The translations under genes and the position numbers were made by a program. From the NCBI GenBank assembly GCA_965153285.1, contig OZ229111.1: a stretch of DNA of 64,000 bases, one strand, 5' to 3'. This document shows, piece after piece, positions 12,181 through 23,217 of this stretch. Under the pieces are notes generated by a model that saw only the letters and a list, made by a program, of their open reading frames with translations, was not told where the DNA came from and searched no databases. The first letter of the stretch is position 1, and every line of letters starts with the position of its first letter. This stretch comes from Podarcis tiliguerta. Its lineage: Eukaryota.

Positions 12181-12275
12181 ACAATTCCTATCATCCCTAG
12201 CTAACAGGACCAGTGGTCAGGGTTGATGGGAATTGTAGTCTAAAAACATCTGGAGGGCTGAGTTTGCCTATGCCC
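12181..12275. mobile_element. Partial 136-bp-family palindromic hAT MITE
   Basis: Same loop AGCTAACAGGACCAGTGG and arm as 30098-30233 and 46271-46406. Confidence 0.7.
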
Positions 12276-12375
12276 ATCCTGGAAGGCTTCAAAAGCTCTC
12301 CAGAGATGGCATAGGTATCCTGCGGCCTTCCTGATGGTAGCTGGATTCAAACTCCCATCAGCCCCGGCCAGCTTT

Positions 12376-13026
12376 TGAATTTTTATTTAAACAAAATGTA
12401 TATTTTAAAAATGTATATACCACTTACCCGATACCAATTAAAGCAAACATTAAAAGGAAGCTGACTTTAAAAAATCAGAATGTTAATAAAACCAGTAATT
12501 CTAAAAACAAGCACACATAATAAAATTACATGTTAACATTGCGAAAAGGCTTTAGCAGGTGCTGAAAACAATTCAGTGAAGGTGTTTGCGTAATACCAAT
12601 GGGCAGGGACTTCCAAAAAGTAGGTGTTGCCACACAGAACATACATTATATGGAACTCGTGAAAGTGCCGGTTTCGGAGATCAAAGCAATCAAATGGGCC
12701 CAGGGGGAGTAATGTGATCCTTCAAGTAAACAGGTCCTAAGCGGCTGAGGGCTTTATATACCAACACCTTGAATTTGGCCTGGTAACAAATTGTCAGTCA
12801 ATGCAGATCTCTGAGCAGGGGTGTAATACACTGCGAGAGCCTCACTCCTGTCAGCAACCATACTGCAACATTCATCACTAACTGTAATTTCTGCAAACAG
12901 AGCCCTACATGTACAGCGTAGAACTGATCCAGTCTTGAAGTTACTAATGTGTGGACTATTATGGTGAATATATCCTGATCTTGGAATGCACAGGCCATCG
13001 TCAGATGATGAAAGATGTAGTCCAAT
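12376..13026 (-). mobile_element. Old L2 LINE 3' fragment
   Basis: VHTLVTSRLD...QKLQLVMNVAVWLLTG...ITPLLRDLH, a degenerate L2 ORF2 C-terminus. Confidence 0.7.
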
Positions 13027-13712
13027 AACTTTGTGTGTGTGTTTGTGTGTGTGTGCGCACGCGCATATGTTTCTTTGGTCAAACAAACTGATCATGGAAA
13101 CTCACATGTCAAGCTTATGAGCCATTTAGGCTGAAGTGTGTATTAGAAGTAAAGTAGGAAACACTTGTGTTACACAGACATGACCAGAATGGCAGAAGAC
13201 ATTTCCACCAGTACTGAACAAAGTGGACCTCTAAGAGGTAGAGGTAAAGGGGGGGTGTGTGTGCGCGCGCACAAGAGAGCAAGAAAGAGAAAACGAGTGC
13301 TATGATTCTCAGTGATCAAACAGAGGAAAGGGTGTCCTGTTTCTTCACACAGGGCATGGGTGGAGACCAAGCTGTAAGAAAGGAAGACCTCAACTTTCCA
13401 GAAGCTAGTACAGCCTAAGATAATGTATAAATAGTAATGCAAACACATTTTTTTTTTACTTCTATGTGTTTTGCTTATATGTATTAGTGAAAGACTGTCA
13501 CCTATAATTATTTGTATATTACCATGTGTTTATTGTTGCCACATTATTGAGATTTAAAATAGAATAAAAACATTAAAAAGAAAACTCACAACATTATTTC
13601 ACTTTTCCTCATGGGAGCCTGAAAAACTCACCTGTTTGTATGCACATTCTTAGAGCTCTCATGGTGGAGACGGTTTGCTTTGAGACATAAGTTATGACTT
13701 CATAAGGGCATA

Positions 13713-13890
13713 CAGTCGTACCTTGGATCCCGAACGCCCTGGAACTCGGACGTTTTGGCTCCGAAATGCCGCAAACCCGGAAGTGATTGTTCTGGTTTGC
13801 AAACATTCTTTTGGAACCCGAAATCAGACGGGGCTTCCGCAGCTTCTGATTGGCTGCAGGAGCTTCTGTTTGACTTCCACGGTACGACTG
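13713..13890. mobile_element. Tigger-like MITE (internally deleted)
   Basis: TA|CAGTCGTACC...GGTACGACTG|TA. Confidence 0.8.
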
Positions 13891-14306
13891 TACAGGCAAA
13901 CTCCATAGCTTCAATAAGCAATCTTCTGTTGTTTTAAGCAAGAAACACCCCCCAAAAAACATTTTCCAACATATTTTGGGAAGGGGCATGTGTGTGTGTA
14001 CACTGCAGCTTATTTTGATGCCCCCCCCCCCCTTTTATTTAGGTTCACTCTTTGGCATTTTCTGCCTCTCAGTCCAGTCCTCCAAAAAGAAAAAAAAAAA
14101 CTGGACTGGGAATTATCAGTTGAGTTGCATGACACACACACAAATGCACACATGCCACAAAGGGCTGAGAGATGTGCCTATGTGAATAGAGGTCATGCTA
14201 GAAAACAAAAGCTTCCTCTGTGCCTCTGGAATATTCCACTACACAATGTCTGAAACACAAAAGTCACACGACTCCCATACCCAAACAACATTTAGAAATG
14301 CTATAA

Positions 14307-14551
14307 CAGGGGTCAGCAAACTTTTTCAGTAGGAGGCCACTGTCCCTCAGACCTTGTGGGAGACCGGACTATATTTTTTTTGGGGGGGAGAACGAATTCC
14401 TATGCCCCACAAATAACACAGAGATGCATTTTAAATAAAAGGACACATCCTACTCATGTAAACACACGCTGATTCCCGGAACGTCCACGGGCCGGATTGA
14501 GAAGGCGATTGAGCCGGATCCGGCCCCCGGGCCTTAGTTTGCCTACCCATG
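14307..14551. mobile_element. hAT-Charlie-like MITE
   Basis: CAGGGGTCAGCAAACT...AGTTTGCCTACCCATG; degenerate 8-bp TSD TGCTATAA/GGCTAGAA. Confidence 0.7.
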
Positions 14552-16289
14552 GGCTAGAAGGTGAAGAACTGTAACCCCCACTCAGCACCACCCCAAATCT
14601 CTTTGTATTTGTCCAACAGCTTTTGTTGAGAACAATTCTTGATGAAATATTTAATTTTATTTCAAGGGTTTTGGTGGTGGTGGTGGTGTTGTTTTCGCAG
14701 CATCCTCTATAACAATGTCTAGATCAACAGTTCTGTGTTTGTGGACCAAATATGAGATTCCCCCCCCCCCCCCCCTTTGACATGCTGAGCAGCAAAGCAT
14801 TCACTCTGTTTAAATCTGTAGCACTGGCAACAACCACCTACTTGAAAAATGTCCTGAATCCAGTCTCGCCTCACACGGTCCCTGGCACCAGTGGCCAGAT
14901 GGGAGCATTGAGTTCAGACTTAGAACAGCACACGGCAATTGAGATTATAAACAGCAGGTGGTGCTGTATTCCTATGACCTCTGGAGGAAGCCAAGCCTAA
15001 ATGGATATATACACCCCTATCCAATGTGAATGAACACAACGCTTCTGCAGAAATTTATCTCTCACAGCCATCTCACCTCTAGCAAAGCCGAGCTGAACTA
15101 AAATTAAATTGGCTCTTTCCTGCTAAGACTTTTCCCTCGTGGCAGGTAAGTCTGAAGTGCTAATTACCCACCCGGTCTGGTTTTCTACATACATCTGCAA
15201 GTGTAATCCAAAGAGCAACCAAAAACAATTAGCAACCTGGCTAAGAAGCCGGGAGTTTGCTTGGGGGAGAGACTATTTGAGAAAAGTAACACTAATAGGT
15301 TTCAGGTGCATAAAGAGGTACCTGGAGGAGGCCGTGGATTGTCTGCCATGGGCAAAAACAATGGGCGGAAGCTGCAGCCAGAAGGATTTAGGATTGACGC
15401 CAGAGTGTAGTGAGTGGTAGAACCCTGAAACAGGTTGCTTACAGGTGAGGGACCTTCCATCACTGGAGGTCTTTAAGGAAAAGCATACGTCTCTATTAGT
15501 TTGGCAGTGGTGTGCAGGCAGGCAGGGGCCAGCACTTGGCAGGTCCTCTGTATAGTGCTATTATGGGCTGCATTTGGCTAGGTGGGTCAAATGGTGTGAA
15601 GAGAAGCCTGTGCAAGGATGTTAACAGACTGCAACCACTAAGTTGTTATTTATCCTTTCTGAAACTGTCTGCCATGCTGGAGCAGATGTAAGAGAGAGAG
15701 AGAGGGTGAGAGACTTTGGATGCTAACTCAATGAAACTAGTACTTGTAACAGATCCTAAAATGCAGAGTCTCTCCAGTGGCATTCTAAAATGTAAGTCAG
15801 TTTAAAATTAAGCAAAGCACAACAGAAACCAAGCAGTATGTCATGCCACTTTTTCAATGCAGCTCAGAGCTGGATCAAAGCTGCAAAGGAGACAGGATTC
15901 AGAGTACTGAGAAATCCATTCTAACCTTACAACTGCAGGACATGCATTCAGCTCACTGTTCCAAGTGGTCCTGGCTCTTGCAGCACTGACTTTGGGTAGT
16001 TTTTCCAGGAATATCAAACACAGTGAATGCTGGAAAACAGGACGGGCATGGATGTGAGAGACAGGAGGGTGGCAGAGGTGCAGAGAATAGGCTGCATCTC
16101 TGGAAGTGGGACCTGAAGACTCAGCTTTGAGACTGCAGCAGGCAGAGTCTATTCCCCTCTCCAGATCTGTCTCACTGAGAGTAGCCATGTGCAAGGGCCC
16201 AATGAAGAGTCAGTGACAAAACGTTACAGGGGCTCTACCTGTATCTCCAAATCAGACCGTTCGGGCCAAAAATAATCAAGTGTTTTCAC

Positions 16290-16719
16290 GGCGTGTGATT
16301 TTGCATAATTTATTATACTCACAGTGAACTTGAGGATTGCAACTTCCGTAACTGCAAAAATTTGATTTTTGACCTACAGCAAACAAGTCGTGTATATATG
16401 AAAAGAATAAAAATAAAGCGCTTTGTAAAATATGGTGATCAAGCTTTGGATACATACACACATACTGTGATTATTTCCCTGGGGAAGCCCAAAAGCTTGC
16501 AATTTTATTGTTTTCGTTTTTGGCAGGCTATATTCCAAGTGATCACCGTGGCTTTATGCAGAAGCCAGAGAGCCATGGTGTTTTGGTTAAAGCAACACGG
16601 GCGTGCACAGGTGCATGGGTGTGTCTGGGATGGAGGGGCTGGAGTAGCATTGCCCCTCCATCTACTGCGTTGCTGGTTGTGGACTCATTGTCTTAAGCCA
16701 TCTACATTCCCCTATGGCA

Positions 16720-16760
<41 letters not shown>

Positions 16761-17130
16761 GGAGGGGGGGGTCCTTTTGCCCCTTGGAACTCTTGATTCA
16801 CCAGGCTCAGCCTTGTGCACTCCCTTCAAAATGTTCCGAACTGTAAAGCAACAACAACAACAACAAAAGTCGGGACAGTCAGAGCAACGCCCTTCCAGGT
16901 ATATAGGACACACATCAAGATCCTGCTTTGACCACAAGGGAGACTCTTCTACTCGGTGCCATCTCCTTCCTTCTCCCATCCACTCATCCATCTCCTTTGG
17001 GACATTGAGGAGAAACATCTGCCTCCTCTTGCCTCCTGTTGATGTCTGCTGAGAGTGCGTCTCAACTGCGCCAAGTTGTTTCGCTTCCATTTCTCTTCCA
17101 GTCTTTGGGCACCCAAGCCCCAGGAAGATG
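16290..17130 (-). other. TBC1D16: Proximal 3' UTR of TBC1D16 with candidate poly(A) signals
   Basis: Minus-strand AATAAA at 16509-16504 and 16314-16309, with an AU-rich stretch at 16390-16435. Further AATAAA at 14661-14656 and 13534-13529 means the UTR may be longer. Confidence 0.5.
16723..16757. repeat. (TG)n microsatellite in the TBC1D16 3' UTR
   Basis: Directly visible. Confidence 0.95.
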
Positions 17131-17376
17131 TCATTTCCGGAAAGCGAAGACCTCCCGTGTTTTCAGTCCCCTCCTGCTTTCGTTCCCTGGCTTGGGAGAA
17201 GGTTCATCCACCATGCCTCCATAAGGGCAGCTATCCGAGTCCGGGTGGTTCCCCGTACACTCCACAGCGGGGATGTAGCCACTGTCCCACATACCTGTCC
17301 CGCAGAGTTTGCACAGGTCATGGAGACCGCAAGGGATCCGAGGCAGCAGGCGGAACTGATAAAGCAAACTTCTAGC
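17131..17376 (-). CDS. TBC1D16: TBC1D16 last coding exon (exon 12)
   Basis: ATTTCCAG|GCT; ARSLLYQFRLLPRIPC...CPYGG...VFAFRK then TGA at 17133-17131. Confidence 0.96.
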   Translation of the reverse strand, partial: ARSLLYQFRLLPRIPCGLHDLCKLCGTGMWDSGYIPAVECTGNHPDSDSCPYGGMVDEPSPKPGNESRRGLKTREVFAFRK

Positions 17377-18485
17377 CTGGAAATAGGATGGCAGAGTAGA
17401 TGTGAATACACAAGCCCACAAAACAGCACATGGCACAAATAGCAGATATGAGAAATTGCTGAGTTCATCTAAATTGCCCATCTCACACCCAAATCGTAAC
17501 GGAGACTTGACACCACTCACAAAAGGAGAACACTGCACAGCCTTCCATATGCTGTTTTGGAGCAGACAGAACTGCAAAGGGTTTTTTGTCTGTCTGTCTG
17601 TTTGTTTAACACCTGCAATTTTTAATTTACCTTCCTGAGTATGAGCTCCCCATTCATGTGCATGGCCAGGTTCCCAAAGTGCAGAAGCATCTGGTCAGTG
17701 GCCAATTGCTGTTCGATGACATCGTCTCCATAGATCACCACAATAGCCACACAGATGAAGAGGTGGAAATAGTCTGTCTGCAACAGCAAGAGAAGAAAAT
17801 GATCAAGGGAGGGAGGGCTAGAAAGATGCACCGTTTGTGGCAACAAGATCACATTTAGTAGCTTTTTGGCTTAAAAAAAATAAATCAGTGAATGGGAGAA
17901 TCGTAGAATTGTAGAAATGGAAGAGATCCTGAGGGATGGAGTCCAACCCCTTCAATGTAGGAGCATGAGAGAGGTAATGGGAATTATAAATGATGTGGCA
18001 AGGTGAGAAGGAAAAGTGATTCACTCTCTCCCAACCACTGTTAGGCAGTAGTTTAAAGACAAAGGCAGCACTGTACTTCACACAAAGCAGTAGTACTGTT
18101 GTGTAGCGGTTAGAGCTTTGTAGTGTGATTGAAGAGAGTCAAGTTGAAATCCCCACTAGGTGGCCTTGGGGCAGTCAGTCACATGCTCTACCTTATAGGG
18201 TTGTTGTGAGGATAAAGCAGGAGGTGGAGAAATCATGTATGCCACCCTAATCTTATTAAAAGAAGCACGGGATGGCAACACATTAAAATAAATCGAAAGC
18301 AATGCAGAAATCTTTTGAATCAGGGCCACAGAGAAAGAGGAGGTGAAAACTAGTAAGGCAGACTGCATTCTGAGAGAACTGGTGTATGCTTACAAGACAA
18401 AAGCCTACAGTGTTGAAGTATATGAAATCTAGCAAGTCTGCAAGTTTTTTGACCCAGTTATATCTGTTTTCACTTTGAAGAAGTA

Positions 18486-18538
<53 letters not shown>

Positions 18539-19215
18539 TTATTTATACCCCGCCCATCCGGCTGGGCTTCCCCAGCCACTCTGGGCGGCTTCCAACAAAA
18601 TATTAAAATACTGTAATACATCAAACATTAAAAGCTTCCCTAAACAGGGCTGCCTTCAGTAAAGGCATGAGAGGGAATATTATTTCTAGTAAAATGTTTT
18701 CAAGTGAGCAACTAACAAATGCTGCGTTAACACTTAATTTACAAAATGCTCCATTCTGAATAATTCTGCACACATAATTAAGATCTGCTGCAGGGATAGG
18801 CAACGTTGTGCTCTCCAGATCTTGCCGGACTTGCATTCCCATCATCCCCAAGTACTGGCCATATGCTGGCTAGAGATTATGAGGGCTGGGAGTCCAGCAG
18901 CTCCTGCAGGGCACCACGTTGGCTGCCCCTGTTCTACTTGCTTAACACAGTGAGTTTTAGGAGCACAGGAGTCTAGACCACCTGGCAAAGGGCGGCGAAA
19001 TCGCTGCCACGAGGATTCAAAGCAATCTCCCCTCCCCCTTCCCAGACCACCACCAGAGAGCAACTATTTGGCAGAGAGTAATGCGAGCAAGCAGCATACG
19101 GCAAACACAGTTTGGTGGCAGCCTCCTCTCCTGCAGACAAGACCAGGTCAGACAGAAACCATACGCTGCTCAGTCCTGGGGCTAACCTCACAAGGAAGTT
19201 GAAAATTAGCTTGCC

Positions 19216-19246
<31 letters not shown>

Positions 19247-22200
19247 GCCTGCCCTTCACACAGCAACATCTGCAGCTTGGAGAGAAAGCCAGGGTTGCAG
19301 CAACCCCACCGCACAAGGCAGGCTGAGGGCCGCTTTGGCTGATGGGTTGCGACAGCAGCAAGAATAGCCCAGGAGCTCAGTAATGAACCGTCAGGGTGAA
19401 ATTTGCATCGATTTGTGTAATGTCAGAGGCAAACAGTGGGAGAGAAGGCAAGCAGTGTGGAGGGGGAGGGACACACACACACACAGAGCTCGTCACAGTC
19501 ATGGCTGGGGGGAGGGGAGAGAGGCCTGGAAGGACAGCAGCTGCAACCGGCAACATCCCCCCATTCAGCATCCTCCAAGGAGCAGTGCAGGAGCCCCACC
19601 GGCAAAAAGGACCCTTCTAACTGCCCCGCTCCTCCAGCCCCCTTTTAAACCTTACCTGGTAGTGAGCCCAGCAGGCTTCCCATATACGCAGAGCCTCAGC
19701 ATCGGGAAACTCACGCTTAAAGCAGAGGAGGATCCAGCGGTGGCAGAAGAGCATCTGAAGACCATCCTCCCCAAGGGAGACCAGGTGGTGGTAGAAGCGC
19801 ACATGCATCAGCCGCAGCAGCTCTCGCAGGTACATCTGGCAAAGAGGAAGGGGCGCTCAGTTCAGCTCCGGAGAAGGGGAAGAAAACCCCGCTACTCCCC
19901 TCTAGACCACTGGGCATTCCTGCCCCCAAACCCCTCAGGCTCAGCAGGAGCAGGCACACCTCTTAAGAGCTGGTTCTATTGTTACTGTTATTGTTATAGT
20001 TATAGTTATTGTTATTTGAATTTATATACCGCCCTATACCTGGGGGTCTCAGGGCGGTTCACAGAATAAAACTAATTCATTCACTAATGCAAGCAGTCCT
20101 ATTAGGAGCACTGTATCCCTGGTGCTTCAGGGACGCGGGTGGCACTGTGAGTTAAACCACAGAGCCTAGGGCTTTCCAATCAGAAGGTCAGCGGTTCAAA
20201 TCCCCGCGACTGGGTGAGCTCCCGTTGCTCGGTCCCTGCTCCTGCCAACCTAGCAGTTTGAAAGCACGTCAAAGTGCAAGTAGATAAATAGGTACCGCTC
20301 TGGCGGGAAGGTAAACGGCATTTCCGTGCGCTGCTCTGGTTTGCCAGAAGCAGCTTAGTCATCCTGGCCACATGACCCGGAAGTTGTACGCCGGCTCCCT
20401 CGGCCAATAAAGCAAGATGAGCACCGCAACCCCAGAGTCAGCTACGACTGGACCTAATGGTCAGGGGTCCCTTTACCTTTTTATCCCTGGTGCTAGTGGG
20501 TGAACTACTTATGGCCTCAATAGTCTGGTGGTTTTGCTGCTGACTATCAGGTCGGTCTGTAGAAAAACCATGTTGGTCCACGATTTGATCGTGGATGAGT
20601 GGGGCTGACCTGGTGCGTATCACCAAGGCCTGGGTGGGGGTCGCTGGGATGGTTAGATCTGACTCAGGTCTACCAGTCCAAGTACTCAGTGTGACATCAG
20701 CTCAGACTGGTGGGATGGGGATAAGGGACGCATTGCTGCAGTCCACAAGGAGTTAACTTCTCGCTATCCCTTCGAGTGGGACTGGAAGGGTCCCTTTGAG
20801 TGCAAGTGCACCTGGTGTTGGGAAACAGCTTGCAAATGCTGTTGGTGTAGTTCCCACCCTGTTGCCCCAACAACCTCCTTGACCAAGCTTATCTTGGGTA
20901 TGATGTTGGAGGAACCCAGAACAGTGGTTTTAGGTGACCAACATCCATGCTGAGGTTGCCTTGGGTTGCCAGCTCTCATGAGTTCAGGGGCCTCCATGGC
21001 AACTGTTCCTCACCCCACTGCCACCTGTGCTATGGGGTTCTGAAGGGTAATATCCTCTTCCCAGTGTCATTTCACATTTACACGAAGCCATATTGAGCAG
21101 CCATTTGGAGCAATGTGGCATCAGTATATCCTACATGTTGGATACAGCACCTCCTCCTTGCAGCTACTACAACTTCTGCAGGTAAGTTCATCCATCATGG
21201 ATGCAGATTTCACACTTCTGATCCATTTAGGATTTAAAGGGCAAATGGAGTGCGGAGGAGGAAGAAAAGAGACAAATAAGGTGGGTGGGGGGAGAAGAGT
21301 GCTCCAAGGTCAAATTCTCACCAGTTGTTTCTCCATGTCCTCATCACGAGGGGAACTGATGAAGATCGTGTTCTGCATCAAACCCACAAAGCACCAGAAT
21401 GTATCCGATTCATCCAGGACCTCCGCGAGAAGTGGGGCAACAAGGTCAGACATCCCCTGGGAGTAGCCAATGGCAGGGTTGTACACTGCATAGTTCAGCA
21501 AGATCCGCCTAGGAAGAGGATGGTCAAATGACCAGACGGTGAGGCTGGGATGGTGGAGCAACCCAGAGAGGTCTGAGCACATCGCCTCCAACATTTCTCC
21601 AATGGAATTAGGGACCTATTATTCCATAATAATAATTTTACTACTTATACCCCACCCATCTGACTGGGCGGCTTCCAACATGTATAAAAAACATTATAAA
21701 ACATTAAACATTTTTTTAAAATCCCTATACAGGGCTGCCTTCAGATGGCTTGGGGGTTGGATAACTCCATACCCTCTCTAATATTTATCCGATGAAAGTA
21801 GGGACATCCTACCATACCCAACATTTCCAAGATGAAAATAGGGACGTCCTTAGGAAAAGTGGGACATTCTGGGAGCAAATCAGAAACCGGGATGGCTTCT
21901 GTAAATCTGGGACTATCCCTGGAAAATAGGGACACTTGGAGGGTCTGTGAGCATGCTCAGTGGGCACAGAATGCTGACTTGCTGCTAGGGTGGGTGGGGG
22001 ATGGAAATGAGTAGAGCAGAGTGGCAATGGGCATGGCTGGCTGGCAACATGAAAAGGAGTGCTCCATACTACAATATTGTTGCAGGCTCCACCTGCTTTG
22101 CCCGGCCCACCGTTGAAAGGGTTTCGCTGGAAGCATACGAGGTTGGGTGTCCAAAACACAGATGGATCTGGGCTTTCCCAGTGGGTGCAAGGTTCTCAGT

Positions 22201-23162
22201 GCATTTTTTTGGCACTAAAGGGTTGCAATAATCACCTCATTGTTTCCACATTGGGGTTGTTCTCTCCTCGGAAAAACTGGTTGCTGCGGTCCGTCCTCAC
22301 CACATCTTTGTCGACTGTGAACTGCACATTCCGCCAGAATGCCTTCTGCTCCTCCGGTGTCAGGGAGAGCCTAGGCGCCACATTACAACATGAGTGCACT
22401 CACAAACCACCCACTGCTGCCAATGGACCTAGGTCAGGTAGACCGTTCAGATAAGGGTCAAAATAAAGGAGAACTGGGGCAGTTGGGGAGGAAAGAGCAG
22501 TTGCCTCTCTTCTGTATACAGTGGTACCTTGCAAGACGAATGCCTTGCAAGACGAAAAACTCGCAAGACGAAAGAGTTTTTTGTTTCCCTATGGGCTTGC
22601 TTTGCAAGACGAAAACGTCTTGCGCCTTTTTCTTAAAACCGTCAATGCATTCCTATGGGAAACCGTCAATGCATTTCCTATCGGAAACCGTGCTTCGCAA
22701 GACGAAAAATTCACAAGACGAAAAAACTCGCAGAATGAATTAAATTCGTCTTGCGAGGCACCACTGTACATCCCACCCAAAATGTGACATTGGACCTACT
22801 GTGAAGGTTCATTTTCTGGGGATAGTTAATTCCCCATTCATTGTTTCAATTGCCAGGGGAGGGAGGATTTAAAAGAAGAATGGCTGAGGGAGGGAGGGTG
22901 GGGAGAAGGCATCACACGCATCACACACACACACACACACACACAAACACAAACACGCAAAGCTGGGTATGGACCTGCTGGATTCAAAGTCCCCTCCATT
23001 CCGCTGAGAGGCAGCAGGACTGAAGTCCTTACCTACACTTGCAGGAAAATGTGATGTGCTGACTCCTTCACCCTCCCCATCCTAACCTTCCAAGCAGCAG
23101 ATCTGGGGTTTAGGATTGAGGTTTACAGAACAAAGTAGTTCAGCATTTATAAAAGTAATTAA

Positions 23163-23217
<55 letters not shown>

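Noticed and set aside
19383-20069. 228-aa plus-strand ORF
   Set aside because: Antisense to exon 10, includes microsatellite and L2-tail sequence, and has no recognisable domain.
22519-22766. Regularly spaced CAAGACGAA repeats resembling a CRISPR-like array
   Set aside because: Short internal repeats of a TA-flanked, TIR-bounded MITE in a vertebrate intron; no unique spacers and no cas genes.
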